DNA of 63,227 bases, counting the filler. It is 5 parts of 5 records of this genome, joined end to end, with 100 filler letters (N's around TTAATTAATTAA, not from the genome) between each part and the next. Parts side by side here need not be neighbours in the genome. Positions count along the whole stretch, not along the records: positions 33,614 to 57,012 come from SRR31156797_7233; positions 57,113 to 63,227 come from SRR31156797_7280; 3 more parts are not named here. One strand, given 5' to 3'. The position numbers were made by a program, and so were the translations under genes. Positions 50,688-61,375 of the stretch are shown here, one piece after another (position 1 is the first letter of the stretch; each line of letters begins with the position of its first letter). Under the pieces are notes generated by a model. The model searched no databases. It saw only the letters and a list, made by a program, of their open reading frames with translations, and was not told the DNA's origin.

Positions 50688-51629
50688 TTAACGTTCGCCT
50701 TTTCTAAATGGAACAAGCAGGGCTTTTGGATAGGCAGCACGCCTCGACATGATAACCATAGCGAGTATAGAAAAAATATAGGGCAGCATAAGATAAAATT
50801 GATAGGGGATGAGCATGCCCGACTGCTGCTGAACTCGCATCTGCATGGCGTCAAAAGCTGCAAATAGTAAGGTGCCCAAGAGTGCCTTCCAAGGTTTCCA
50901 GGAAGAAAAAACCACCAGGGCAATACAAATCCACCCTCGGCCATTGACCATGCCGATATAAAATGCGTCAAAGGCGGATAATGTGAGAAAGGCTCCACCA
51001 ACAGCCATTAAGCTGCTTCCTGCTACCACTGCGACTGTTCTTATGGTGTATACGGATAATCCTTGTGCCTCCACTGCAAGGGGGGTTTCTCCGCACATCC
51101 GCAGCGAGAGACCAAATGGTGTTTTGTAGAGCAGGTAGGAGACAAACGGAACCATCATAAAGGCCAGCAAAGTAAGTGGCGACTGGTGGGTAATGACTGG
51201 CCCCAAAAAAGGAATGTCTGCCAGTAGTGGGAGGTCAAGGTTTGTAAAAGGGATGATTTTTGGTGGGGTGGTCGCCTTTGGTAAAAGCATTTTGAAAACA
51301 AAAGAAGACAGGGCTGCCGCCAGCATGGTGATTCCCAACCCGGTGACGTGTTGAGAAAGGCCGAGGTGGACAGTGAATATGGCATGGAGTAGGCCGAAAA
51401 GGGCACCGATAAAGGCTGCAAATAAAACGCCGCTCCACAAGTCGCCGCCAAAATAGACCCATGTCCAGCCAGCCATGCAGCCAGCAGCCATGATGCCTTC
51501 AATGCCGAGATTGAGTACACCGGCACGCTCGCAGAGCAGCTCGCCAAGGGTGCCGAAAATAAGAGGCGTTGCCATCCTGATGGTCGCAATCCAAAATCCG
51601 GTTTCCATTAAAAAATTTAGGATATCCAT
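50688..51629 (-). CDS. Nucleoside-type ABC transporter permease
   Basis: ERAGVLNLGIEG, GRGWICIALVVF; start placed at 51629 after GGAG RBS. Confidence 0.9.
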   Translation of the reverse strand: MDILNFLMETGFWIATIRMATPLIFGTLGELLCERAGVLNLGIEGIMAAGCMAGWTWVYFGGDLWSGVLFAAFIGALFGLLHAIFTVHLGLSQHVTGLGITMLAAALSSFVFKMLLPKATTPPKIIPFTNLDLPLLADIPFLGPVITHQSPLTLLAFMMVPFVSYLLYKTPFGLSLRMCGETPLAVEAQGLSVYTIRTVAVVAGSSLMAVGGAFLTLSAFDAFYIGMVNGRGWICIALVVFSSWKPWKALLGTLLFAAFDAMQMRVQQQSGMLIPYQFYLMLPYIFSILAMVIMSRRAAYPKALLVPFRKGER

Positions 51630-51631
51630 CT

Positions 51632-52681
51632 TTATCTCCAACGTAATCGGAAACGGGACAGCAGCATCGCTGCCAGCACAGTTAACAGAGAAACTGCCGT
51701 GGCCACATCGGCAATATAGTTGGAGATATTAAGACTACGGCTCATTGAATCGGCACCGATGGATATGGTGGCAATAAACAGTGCGGACAGGATGACCCCT
51801 AGGGGATGCAAAGCGGCAAGCATGGCAACCACAATTCCTGAATAGCCAAATCCGGGGGAGAGGTCAAGGGTCAGGTAGCCTTTCAGGCCGCATAACTCTG
51901 AAACCCCAGCAAACCCTGCCAGACCGCCAGAAAAAAGAGCGGTAAAGAGGATGGTTCGCCGGACAGGAATACCTGCAAAACGGCTGGCGTGCTTGTTATG
52001 GCCCACCGCCCTGATTTCAAACCCAAGAAGAGAAAAACGCAGTACTGCCCAGGTGATGATTGCGCTTACAAGGGCAATGATAAAGCCCAGGTGTAGTCTG
52101 GTTTTGGAAAATAGAATCGGCAGAGTCGCACTGTCGTTTACCGGGGCAGCCTGGGGCCACCCCATGGCCATAGGGTCTTTCCAGGGACCAAAGACCAGCC
52201 AGTTCACAAAGAGAAGGGTGATAAAATTTAGCAACAGAGTTGTTACCACCTCATCCACTGAAAACCAGGTTTTGAGCAAAGTGGGACCAAGAAGTAAAAG
52301 GCCTCCGGCGAATGCCCCGGCAAGAAAAAGGAAGGGGATCATGAACCATCCTGGTAGGGAAAGCATACCTGTACCGAGCAGAGTTGCCATGCAGGCTCCG
52401 GCATAGAGCTGTCCTTCTGCCCCTATGTTCCAGAGCTGGGCCCTAAAGGCGACTGCGGCAGCAAGCCCAGTGAAGATAAGCGGGGTCGCGCGGGTGAGTG
52501 TCTCGGTTATCGCAAATTTGGACCCAAGGCTGCCTTTAAGGAGGAAGAAAAAAGCAGTTATCGGTGAGTGGCCAGACCAAAGGATGAGTGCACTGCAGCA
52601 GCCTAGGGCTGCAAGGATTGCTAGCAGTGGAGCTGCAATGCGCAGGGAAAGGGAGATGTTTTCTCGTGGTTCTAGTCGCAT
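51632..52681 (-). CDS. Nucleoside-type ABC transporter permease
   Basis: WNIGAEGQ, DEVVTTLLLNF, GFGYSGIVVA. Confidence 0.9.
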   Translation of the reverse strand: MRLEPRENISLSLRIAAPLLAILAALGCCSALILWSGHSPITAFFFLLKGSLGSKFAITETLTRATPLIFTGLAAAVAFRAQLWNIGAEGQLYAGACMATLLGTGMLSLPGWFMIPFLFLAGAFAGGLLLLGPTLLKTWFSVDEVVTTLLLNFITLLFVNWLVFGPWKDPMAMGWPQAAPVNDSATLPILFSKTRLHLGFIIALVSAIITWAVLRFSLLGFEIRAVGHNKHASRFAGIPVRRTILFTALFSGGLAGFAGVSELCGLKGYLTLDLSPGFGYSGIVVAMLAALHPLGVILSALFIATISIGADSMSRSLNISNYIADVATAVSLLTVLAAMLLSRFRLRWR

Positions 52682-52682
52682 A

Positions 52683-54239
52683 TTAGTTTTGGGCTGCTGG
52701 TTGGCCGATTTTTTGTGAAAATTCTTCCAGGTGGCCACTCATGGCAAGACCGAGAGTGGCTGCATCCACTTGATCCGGGGACACTGGCACTGAAATTTTT
52801 CCTTTATAAAGGACCTGGATACGGTCGGAAAGCTGCAGCAGTTCATCCAGATCCTCTGAGATAAGCAGGATGCCGGCGCCTTCAAGTTTTGCCTGAATAA
52901 GCTGCTCGTGGACAAAGGCTGTTGCTCCGACATCGAGGCCCCAGGTTGGCTGGTTGGCAAGGATGATAATGGGTTTTTGGGAAAGAACTCTGGCGAGAAT
53001 GAGCTTTTGAATGTTTCCGCCAGACAGATTTCGTACCGGTGTTTCGGTTGAGGGACAGCGGATATCAAATTTTTCTATCAGATCAGCGGCGTATGCTTCC
53101 ATGCTTCTCGACTTGAGCAAGCCAAACCGTGATAAATTCGGTTCCTGGTAATTTTCCAAGGCAAAATTTTCGCGTATGGACATGTCGCCGATGATGCCGA
53201 TGGCTGTACGGTCTTCCGGGACCCGGCCGATACCGGCTGACATTATTTCCCGGGGCGTATGGCGGGTGATCGGTGCACCGTTGAGTTTTATCTCGCCACT
53301 GTCAGGGGTAAGCATGCCGCTAAGCATATTAGCCAGTTGGATTTGTCCGTTTCCAGAAACTCCGGCGATGCCGAGAATCTCGCCTTTTAAAAGATGCAGG
53401 TTCGTCCTGTCCAAGAGTGGCTGGTGACGGCCCTGAATCGAAATATTGCTGCATGAAAGCAGTTTCTGTGATGAAGCTGGAGGGTGTTTTGTTTTAATTT
53501 CCGGTAAAGTACCGCCAACCATTGCCTGGGCAAGAGTGCTCGCCTCTATGCCTTTGGTTGCTGTTTCGTAGACCACTCGACCATGGCGCAGTACCACGCA
53601 CCGATCACTGCCGGATACAGCCTCCTTGAGCTTGTGGGTGATAAAAATGACAGATAGCCCTTTGCCTGTGAGTAAGCGGAGAGTGGTAAAGAGTTTATCG
53701 CTTTCCTGGGGGGTAAGAACAGCTGTCGGTTCATCCAGGATCAAAATCTTTACATCACGATAGAGTGCTTTGAGGATTTCTACCCTTTGCCGTTGACCGA
53801 TGGAGAGATCTTTAACAAGGGCTTTCCAGTCCACATGGAGCGCAAACTGCATCGAAAGCTTGATCAGCTTTGCTCTGGCAGCGCTGAGATGATGACGAAA
53901 ATGAAAAATTGGTTCTGTTCCGAGTATGATATTTTCCAGAACCGTCATGTTGTCTGCAAGGGTGAAGTGCTGATGCACCATACCTATTCCCTTTGCCAGC
54001 GCTGCTTTTGGTGATCCTTTTACAAGTGGTTTGCCATATATCTCAATTTCTCCTTGTGTGGCTACATAATGACCAAAAAGGATGTTCATTAAGGTTGTCT
54101 TGCCAGCTCCATTTTCACCAAGCAAGGCGAGCATCTCGCCTTGCTTGAGGGAGAGAGATATATTGTCATTGGCAACAAGGGAGCCAAAGGTTTTGGTGAT
54201 GTTGCGAAGCTGCAGGACTGGGGTGTTTACTGAACTCAT
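52683..54239 (-). CDS. ABC transporter ATP-binding protein (tandem domains)
   Basis: GENGAGKTT, LILDEPT, LSGGNIQK. Confidence 0.95.
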   Translation of the reverse strand: MSSVNTPVLQLRNITKTFGSLVANDNISLSLKQGEMLALLGENGAGKTTLMNILFGHYVATQGEIEIYGKPLVKGSPKAALAKGIGMVHQHFTLADNMTVLENIILGTEPIFHFRHHLSAARAKLIKLSMQFALHVDWKALVKDLSIGQRQRVEILKALYRDVKILILDEPTAVLTPQESDKLFTTLRLLTGKGLSVIFITHKLKEAVSGSDRCVVLRHGRVVYETATKGIEASTLAQAMVGGTLPEIKTKHPPASSQKLLSCSNISIQGRHQPLLDRTNLHLLKGEILGIAGVSGNGQIQLANMLSGMLTPDSGEIKLNGAPITRHTPREIMSAGIGRVPEDRTAIGIIGDMSIRENFALENYQEPNLSRFGLLKSRSMEAYAADLIEKFDIRCPSTETPVRNLSGGNIQKLILARVLSQKPIIILANQPTWGLDVGATAFVHEQLIQAKLEGAGILLISEDLDELLQLSDRIQVLYKGKISVPVSPDQVDAATLGLAMSGHLEEFSQKIGQPAAQN

Positions 54240-54255
54240 TGAGAAGTATATGGGC

Positions 54256-54289
54256 TCAGGCCATGGTTCAAGCAGCGACCATGGCCTGA
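54256..54289. other. Intercistronic hairpin after the binding-protein gene
   Basis: 12-bp stem TCAGGCCATGGT / ACCATGGCCTGA without a U-tract; typical position for an mRNA-stabilising hairpin. Confidence 0.65.
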
Positions 54290-54299
54290 AGCTGTAGAA

Positions 54300-55298
54300 T
54301 CAGAAGGTTGACTTCGGTTCTTTGTCATTGATGGTAATAGTGAGCTTGCCGGCTTTAATGGCAGCCGCCTTTTGCTTGACTTCTTTAAGTACTGCTGCAT
54401 CAATTTTGGATTCAAACTCATAGAAAGGGGCAAGGGAGGAACCGCCTTTAGCCATCATGGTCCATTCCCGGTAATCTTTGGCGGAAAAGGTCCCTTTTTT
54501 GACCATATCAATGGCGTGGGTGATTGCAGGTTCCATATCCCAAAGTGCAGAGGTAACCACAACGTCGGTCCCGTTTTCCTCTTTGTTCATGTCATTGACA
54601 TTACCAAAGGCGATGATATTTTTTTCGCGTGCTGCATCGACCACACCTGCGCGTTCTGCATAGAGGATATCAACTCCGGACTCGATCTGGGCATAGGCAA
54701 ATTCTTTGGCCTTTGGTGGATCATACCAGGCACCTATAAAGGAGACTTTGAATTGGGCCGCTGGGTTTACAGCCTTGGCACCTTCCATAAAAGCGTTGAA
54801 CAGTCGGTTGACCTCACCTATGGGATAGCCACCCACCATACCGATTTTATTTGTTTTAGTCATCTTGCCGGCAATCATGCCCATCAGGTAACAAGGCTCA
54901 TGGATATAGTTGTCAAAAACAGCCATGTTGCCGCCGTAAGGACCAAAAGAGTCGCCCATGAGGTAGGCAATCTTGGGGTAGTCGTCAGCAACTTTTCGTA
55001 CGTCTCTGGAAATGCCGAATGCCTCGCCAATGATAAGGTCCACGCCTGATTCTGAATATTCGCGTAGAACCCTTATGTAATCGGTGTTGGATACTTTTTC
55101 AGAATACACATATTCAATATCACCACTCTCGGCGATCTTGACCAGTGCTTTATGGAGGCAGGCGTCCCATTTTTGCTGGATAGGCTGGGTGTAGATGCCG
55201 GCAACCTTTATTTTTTTTGCCACGGCTAGTGGCGGCATAATGATAAGCATGCAAAAGAAAGTGATAAGGATGGACTTGATAATGGGGGGGCGTTTCAT
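54300..55298 (-). CDS. BMP-family ABC substrate-binding protein
   Basis: Signal peptide; GMIAGKMTKTNKIGMVGG, FIGAWYDPPKAKE. Confidence 0.92.
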   Translation of the reverse strand: MKRPPIIKSILITFFCMLIIMPPLAVAKKIKVAGIYTQPIQQKWDACLHKALVKIAESGDIEYVYSEKVSNTDYIRVLREYSESGVDLIIGEAFGISRDVRKVADDYPKIAYLMGDSFGPYGGNMAVFDNYIHEPCYLMGMIAGKMTKTNKIGMVGGYPIGEVNRLFNAFMEGAKAVNPAAQFKVSFIGAWYDPPKAKEFAYAQIESGVDILYAERAGVVDAAREKNIIAFGNVNDMNKEENGTDVVVTSALWDMEPAITHAIDMVKKGTFSAKDYREWTMMAKGGSSLAPFYEFESKIDAAVLKEVKQKAAAIKAGKLTITINDKEPKSTF

Positions 55299-55634
55299 AA
55301 TGGGGCTCCTCGATTGTTATTAGATTTGATTTGGGATTGTAGCAAATTTTTCATTTTTAGGGGCGCGCTTAATGAAAAAAATAAGTAATCCTTTTCCAGG
55401 ATCCGATGTTTTAGAGCTGAAATGGATGTTGTTTCATCGAGAAAAGGATCGAATAACAGTAGTTTGCGAGAATAATGTGCATGTACTATTTTGTGGCATA
55501 TGTTGTCAGCGCCAACCATGGAAAGAGTATTGGGTGACGGGGGCTCACCGCCGTAACTTGACAGGCGTTGATAGAAGCGTATTGTTTTTTGTACATTAAA
55601 GTAGATTTCTGCTTTTTCTACATCGGAGAATTTT

Positions 55635-56918
55635 ATGACCAATACCTTACGACAGTTCGGGTTTAATACCCGTCAGCTTCATGCTGGGCAGGTGATAGAC
55701 GAGACAACAAGAAGCAGAGCCGTCCCTCTTTACCAGACATCTTCTTATGTCTTCAAAGATACCCAACATGCCGCAGACCTTTTCGCGCTCAAGGAATTTG
55801 GCAATATATATACCCGAATCATGAACCCTACCACCGATGTGTTGGAGCAGCGTCTAACAGATCTTGAGGGGGGCGTCGGTGCACTGGCTGCAAGCAGCGG
55901 GCATGGGGCGCAGACCATGTTGTTTTTGACTCTCTGTGGCAGTGGGGACCACATTGTCAGCAGCAGCAGTCTTTACGGTGGCACCTATAATCAACTGCAC
56001 TACACCCTTCCCCGGTTGGGTATAGAAGTCAGCTTTGCAGACCCTACTGATCCCGAAGCGTTTGCAAGAGCTATCCAGCCCAATACCAAGTTGATATACG
56101 GTGAAACATTGGGCAATCCCGGCTTGAGTGTTTTTCCGTTTGAAGAGGTTGGAAAAATCGCAGCAGCTGCAAACATTCCCCTGGCGATTGACAACACGCT
56201 CGCAACACCCTATTTGTGTCGCCCATTGGAATGGGGAGCAAATATTGTGACACACAGCACCACCAAGTTTTTAAACGGCCACGGGACAAGTATCGGCGGT
56301 ATGCTGGTTGATGGCGGTAATTTTGACTGGACAAGCGGCAGATTTGACAATTTTACCGAACCAGACCCATCTTATCATGGGCTTGTCTATGCAGATTTGG
56401 GCCCCGCAGCCTTTATATTAAAAGCCCGAGTACAGGTGCTGCGCGATATCGGTGCCTCTCAGGCACCTTTTAATAGTTGGCTGACTACCCAAGGGGTGGA
56501 GACGTTAAGTTTGCGCATGGAGCGTCATGTGGGTAATGCTTTTAAAACAGCAGAATATCTTCAGAATCATGAAAAGGTCAGCTGGGTATCATACCCAGGA
56601 CTCACATCTCATCCAAGTCATGAGCTGGCTAAAAAATACCTGACCAAAGGGGCTGGGGCAATCTTGACCTTTGGCATCAAGGGCGGTGCGGAAAAAGGAC
56701 AGAGGTTTATAGATCAGCTTTGTTTGTTTAGCCACGTTGCCAATGTGGGGGATGCAAAAAGTCTTGCCATCCATCCTGCGAGCACAACCCATGGGCAGCT
56801 TAGTGCTGAAGAACTAACTCAGGCGGGTGTACAGCCAGATATGATTCGGCTCAGCATTGGCCTGGAGGATATCGAAGATATCCTTTGGGATATTGAGCAA
56901 GCGTTTCAGGCTGTTTAG
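55635..56918 (+). CDS. metY: O-acetylhomoserine aminocarboxypropyltransferase (sulfhydrylase)
   Basis: RAVPLYQTSSY, GNIYTRIMNPT, HSTTKF PLP lysine, ANVGDAKSLAIHPASTTH. Confidence 0.93.
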   Translation: MTNTLRQFGFNTRQLHAGQVIDETTRSRAVPLYQTSSYVFKDTQHAADLFALKEFGNIYTRIMNPTTDVLEQRLTDLEGGVGALAASSGHGAQTMLFLTLCGSGDHIVSSSSLYGGTYNQLHYTLPRLGIEVSFADPTDPEAFARAIQPNTKLIYGETLGNPGLSVFPFEEVGKIAAAANIPLAIDNTLATPYLCRPLEWGANIVTHSTTKFLNGHGTSIGGMLVDGGNFDWTSGRFDNFTEPDPSYHGLVYADLGPAAFILKARVQVLRDIGASQAPFNSWLTTQGVETLSLRMERHVGNAFKTAEYLQNHEKVSWVSYPGLTSHPSHELAKKYLTKGAGAILTFGIKGGAEKGQRFIDQLCLFSHVANVGDAKSLAIHPASTTHGQLSAEELTQAGVQPDMIRLSIGLEDIEDILWDIEQAFQAV

Positions 56919-57012
56919 CCCGGATTTCTCATGAGCATTTTCTTCATTTTCTGAAAAAGTGTGTGGTCAGTTCATGCGATATCATCTTCTTCAGTATTTT
57001 GGCAGTAAAAGG

Positions 57013-57112
57013 NNNNNNNNNNNNNNNNNNNNNNNNNNNNNNNNNNNNNNNNNNNNTTAATTAATTAANNNNNNNNNNNNNNNNNNNNNNNNNNNNNNNN
57101 NNNNNNNNNNNN
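57013..57112. other. Artificial contig spacer
   Basis: N44-TTAATTAATTAA-N44. Confidence 0.98.
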
Positions 57113-57388
57113 CAAGGCGGACCAACATCCCAGGGTTCTTCCTTTGCCCAGAGCGTCTATGACGACCGACCCTTTGTGGCTGCCCACATCCATGCTGCGC
57201 TCCAGGAAAACATAGCCCTCAATAATGATATATAAGTCTTCTCCCAAATCGCCTTGTCGAAAGATGTAGGAACCGGCTTCGAACTCTTCGACACTGCACA
57301 AACCGGAGATGGCCTCCAGGTGTGAAGGAGAGATATCTTTTAGGAATCCGCACGATTGTAAGGTTTCCTGCATATCAATGTTTTCCAT
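57113..57388 (-). CDS. Cyclic-nucleotide-binding domain protein (3' truncated)
   Basis: FEAGSYIFRQGDLGEDLYIIIEGYV...LGCWSAL. Confidence 0.85.
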
Positions 57389-57474
57389 GGTTGCCTCCCT
57401 TGGGCATCGTTGAAATAATTGGCATTTGCTATATAGTATGTTGGAAAATAAGGTGTCAATTCAAACTTATCGGA

Positions 57475-59994
57475 TTAAAACGGGTCAAGCATTGTCTCCA
57501 CCTTTGTCCGAACACGAATCCGCTCACCGTCCGATCGCAGGGCAATGGCGCCATTGGTAGCCGTGCAAAAAATACGGGAACCGGCTTGCCGGTATCGATC
57601 GATCACGACATCATGGGGAAATCCGAAACGATTTTTTTCTCCCGCGCTGATCACAACAAATTCCGGATTCACCATGGATAAAAAATCAGGGGAACTGGAG
57701 GACTTGGACCCGTGGTGAGGAGCAAAAAGTACAGTGCCTTTCAACAGGTTTCCGAACCGCTTAACGAGTTGGCTTTCAGCCTTGGCTTCAATATCACCGG
57801 TAAGAAGGAAAGTGCTTTCGCCCATGGCCACTTTGACCACCAGAGACCCGTCATTTCTATTCTGATTCAGTGTCGCACCGGCAGTATTGAAATAACCTGG
57901 CGGAGGATGAAGCAATGCCAGCGTTATCGGCCCCATGCGTTGCGCCCCGAATCCGGTATCGATCCGTCGCACATCAATCCCCCTTCTTTCACAAACCGCC
58001 ATCAATTCTTTATACCCTTTTGTCGTATTGATGTCACCGTTTGTCCACAGTTCCCGGGCATTGAAGTTTTCAGCGATGTAGATCAACCCATTGAGATGAT
58101 CGGCATTGGCGTGGGAGAGGATGAGAAGGTCCACGGTGGCGATCTTTTTCCGCCATAACAGCGGAGCCACCACCTGTTTTCCAATATCAAAGAACCGGTT
58201 GTCTGAAAAACCGCCCCCATCATAGAGAATAACGTTGCCACCGGGCAGTTCCAAAAGCGTGGAACCTCCCTGCCCCACATCAATGGCCGTAACTGTAAGG
58301 TCTCGATGCCAAAAACGCTGATAGGCCCAGTACAACCCGTCTCCGGCGGCCACGACCAGGACAGCCCCCAACACCAAGGGAGCATAGGACCTTGAACGCA
58401 AACTGAACAACGCCCAGCCCAAAGTATAATAGAGAAAAATCTCCAATATGGATGGTGTCACCGTTTTTATTGAAGCGAAGGTCCAACTGGAAAAAAAGTC
58501 AATCCCTTTCAAGGCCAGATCAAGAACGTCGAGACTCATCGAAAATCCAACCATGGCGGCAGGTTCGTAAACGATCGATAACAGGGAGGACAGCAACCCC
58601 AACGGTACTGCCACAAATCCCACCAAAGGGATAAGAAACAGGTTGGCCACAATTCCCACCAAGGAGGTTTGATTAAAATGGAACAAGGCCAGGGGAATGG
58701 TGCCGGCAACGGCAAATGCGGAAACGAAAATAAAATGTTGAATTCGCCTGACGTTTCTCTTGAACGTTGAATCATCCTCTTCGCCTGCAGAGCCAACCTT
58801 TTCCATACCAAAGACGATCGCCAAAACGGCGGCAAAAGAGAGTTGAAAAGAGATCGTAAACAGTGCCGGCGGAAAAAGCACTAAAATAACCAGGGCTGCA
58901 AGGGCAAGGGTGTTGAAAATGTCGGGCAATCGCCCCCAAATAATGGCGGCGAGGAATACGCCCACCATAATTTCGGCCCTTTGCGTGGAGGGAGACATGC
59001 CGGCAAGGAGTCCATAAGCCAGAACCGGCAACAAACTGGCAGCCGCCGCTAAGGGTCGGCTCCATCCCCGCCACAATAAAAACGGAATAAATGAAAGAAT
59101 CCAGCGAAACGAGGCATAGGCGACAGTGGCCACAATCCCCACATGCAGCCCGGAGATTGCCAGCAGGTGACCCGTACCGGCATTATTAAAGCGCTGTCGA
59201 AGTGTATCACCAATGCCGGAGCGGTCGCCGTATACCAAAGCTTTGAGGACTGCTTTTTCCTCAGCTTGACTTTCCGTCCCTGCCCTTTCAATCAGTCTGG
59301 TCAGCTGGCGGCGAGCTCTTCCGGTCAACCGGGCAAACAAATTTGTTGCGGATCCCCCCAATGACAGAAGATTCTCTGCCCGCGCCCAGGCGCTTCCATG
59401 GATTCCCTTGAAAGCCATATACCGGCGATAATCAAATCCGCCCGGATTTTTGAAATTTCGAAATGGACGTAATCTGGCAGCAAAGGCCAACCGTTCTCCA
59501 GGCACCAGTTCCACATCCCCCATGACCGTCAGCCGCATCCGACCTTTGACCGCTTGGGAAATGCCGTCACGGGACAAGGAGTGGACCTCAAAAAGAGTAC
59601 GGGTTCGTCCGAACCGAACAACAGGTTCTTCTTTGACCACACCTTGAATGCGCCAGTAACCCGTATCTAAAAATTGGACGAGATGATCGGGTCCATATTC
59701 TGGAGACATCCACGGAACCATGCAAATGTACCCGGCGGTCATTACGGCAATAAGCGGAGATAAAACAACCTTTTGTCCCCGATTTAAATGGACAAGAAGG
59801 CAGATGACGGAAACAAAAAAAAACAACAGATTCGTAGTAAGATAGCCAGGAAAGCGAACACTCAGCAGGATGCCGAGGATTAAAAAGAAAGTAATGGGGA
59901 TAACCGGCCTGAGGTACGGCGCCGGAGCCCTAACCAAGCGGATTTGTTTTATTCGTTCCTTATCCTTCCCTGATTTGACGCGTAACAATGTCAA
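57475..59994 (-). CDS. comEC: DNA internalization competence protein ComEC/Rec2
   Basis: NPGGFDY, HLLAISGLHVG, SFQLSF, DVGQG, SHANADHLNG, PHHGS; start uncertain. Confidence 0.95.
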   Translation of the reverse strand: MTLLRVKSGKDKERIKQIRLVRAPAPYLRPVIPITFFLILGILLSVRFPGYLTTNLLFFFVSVICLLVHLNRGQKVVLSPLIAVMTAGYICMVPWMSPEYGPDHLVQFLDTGYWRIQGVVKEEPVVRFGRTRTLFEVHSLSRDGISQAVKGRMRLTVMGDVELVPGERLAFAARLRPFRNFKNPGGFDYRRYMAFKGIHGSAWARAENLLSLGGSATNLFARLTGRARRQLTRLIERAGTESQAEEKAVLKALVYGDRSGIGDTLRQRFNNAGTGHLLAISGLHVGIVATVAYASFRWILSFIPFLLWRGWSRPLAAAASLLPVLAYGLLAGMSPSTQRAEIMVGVFLAAIIWGRLPDIFNTLALAALVILVLFPPALFTISFQLSFAAVLAIVFGMEKVGSAGEEDDSTFKRNVRRIQHFIFVSAFAVAGTIPLALFHFNQTSLVGIVANLFLIPLVGFVAVPLGLLSSLLSIVYEPAAMVGFSMSLDVLDLALKGIDFFSSWTFASIKTVTPSILEIFLYYTLGWALFSLRSRSYAPLVLGAVLVVAAGDGLYWAYQRFWHRDLTVTAIDVGQGGSTLLELPGGNVILYDGGGFSDNRFFDIGKQVVAPLLWRKKIATVDLLILSHANADHLNGLIYIAENFNARELWTNGDINTTKGYKELMAVCERRGIDVRRIDTGFGAQRMGPITLALLHPPPGYFNTAGATLNQNRNDGSLVVKVAMGESTFLLTGDIEAKAESQLVKRFGNLLKGTVLFAPHHGSKSSSSPDFLSMVNPEFVVISAGEKNRFGFPHDVVIDRYRQAGSRIFCTATNGAIALRSDGERIRVRTKVETMLDPF

Positions 59995-60023
59995 ATATCC
60001 AATAAAAAAGACCCAACTCCCTT

Positions 60024-60452
60024 TTACACACCCACCAGGGTCACCTCAATCGCTCGATGCCTTGCACGGTTATCGTGATTGATGGCAACCACCTGCTGCC
60101 AATTCCCGAGACGCAAACGCCCTTTGCGAATCGCCAAAGCGATGGAAGGCCCCAGAAGCGCCGCCTGAACGTGACTGTGGCCATTTCCGTCATGCCATGC
60201 CAATTCATGCTCATAGGACAGGTCCTCCGGCGCCAGCCTGTTAATGGCATCTTTGAGGTCCTGCACGACACCGGATTCAAATTCAATGGTTGTCAAGGAT
60301 CCCGTCGAGCCGACGATAGTGGCGGTAGCCTGACCGTTCTCGATTCCCGACCGGCCGATGATACGGTTCAACTCATCGGTGATGTCACGGATGTCCGGCC
60401 CCTCCTGGAGATCGATTTTTATTGTTGCAAAATGGAAAATAGCGGACATCAT
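60024..60452 (-). CDS. yjbQ: YjbQ/UPF0047 family protein
   Basis: GSTGSLTTIEFE, DGNGHSHVQAALLGPS, LGNWQQV. Confidence 0.9.
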   Translation of the reverse strand: MMSAIFHFATIKIDLQEGPDIRDITDELNRIIGRSGIENGQATATIVGSTGSLTTIEFESGVVQDLKDAINRLAPEDLSYEHELAWHDGNGHSHVQAALLGPSIALAIRKGRLRLGNWQQVVAINHDNRARHRAIEVTLVGV

Positions 60453-60933
60453 AAAAGCTCCCCACATCAAAATAGAGGGTTGAGTAGACCAACCGGCAAC
60501 GAATTGCAAGTATACGCCAATGTTTTTTCCGGATCAACAGACAACCATCGCCTGGTTTGCCAAAGGGATCATTTACAGCGATATCCCATAAGACCGGCCG
60601 ACCCGCAGACGGTTTTTTCTGTCCGGAACTTGTTAACCACACGACCGGAAGCATATTTCTGTGGGATATAGAAAAGATTGCCCCCATTGTCCGAGGGAAA
60701 TCTCCCTGAAGGCCTTCTTGATACGGATTCATTCTGAAAAGGAACTGGCAACCAGGGTAGCCTTTGCAATGAAATATAATGTACACAATTCAGGATGTTA
60801 AATGCTGTTTTGGGCAAAAGTTCACCTTGTTTTATCGATTGTTATCTGTTAATTTTTCCAATTACCCCAACATGCAATGTATCGCGTGCAGATTGAAAAT
60901 CCGGTGTCCCAAAAATCATTTAAGGATATTGTC

Positions 60934-61290
60934 ATGCCCTCTGGTGAAGACCAGTATGTCGTCAAATCCAAAATTTGGATTGAAGATTCTCACGGTAAAG
61001 TAGTTTTCGGCCGGGGTCGCTGCGTCATCTTGGATGCCATAGACCGGTTGGGCTCCCTCCAGGCAGCCGCAAGAGAGTTACGTATGAGTTACCGGGCGGT
61101 CTGGTGCCGTATCAAAGCTTCGGAAGAAAGATTTGGAGAGACGCTTGTGGTTCGTGACGGGAGAGGCTCCAAGCTGACGGCCCACGCACGAAAGCTAATG
61201 AAGCAGTTCAGAAAACTTCAGACAGTTGTAGAAAAAGAATCCGATGAGGTGTACGAGGAACTTGTTTCGGGACATTTAAAATCGGAATGA
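60934..61290 (+). CDS. ModE N-terminal-like winged-helix regulator (no molybdate-binding domain)
   Basis: KIWIE, FGRGR, GSLQAAARELRMSYRAVW, GSKLT. Confidence 0.85.
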   Translation: MPSGEDQYVVKSKIWIEDSHGKVVFGRGRCVILDAIDRLGSLQAAARELRMSYRAVWCRIKASEERFGETLVVRDGRGSKLTAHARKLMKQFRKLQTVVEKESDEVYEELVSGHLKSE

Positions 61291-61375
61291 CGATCCGATT
61301 CAAACACAAAACAACGCTAAGGGTTCGCAGAAAAATAAAATTCACGATCCTAAAATCTGTTGAAACAGCGACGAA

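Noticed and set aside
55299-55634. Possible SAM riboswitch upstream of metY (GGTGA-CGGGGGC-TCACC hairpin) and the 115-aa ORF 55295-55642
   Set aside because: No SAM-I, SAM-II or SAH consensus recognised; the ORF spans a divergent promoter region and has no recognisable features
13040-57112. Four identical TTAATTAATTAA elements within N runs
   Set aside because: Artificial spacers joining contigs; not biological repeats. Genes on either side are not neighbours
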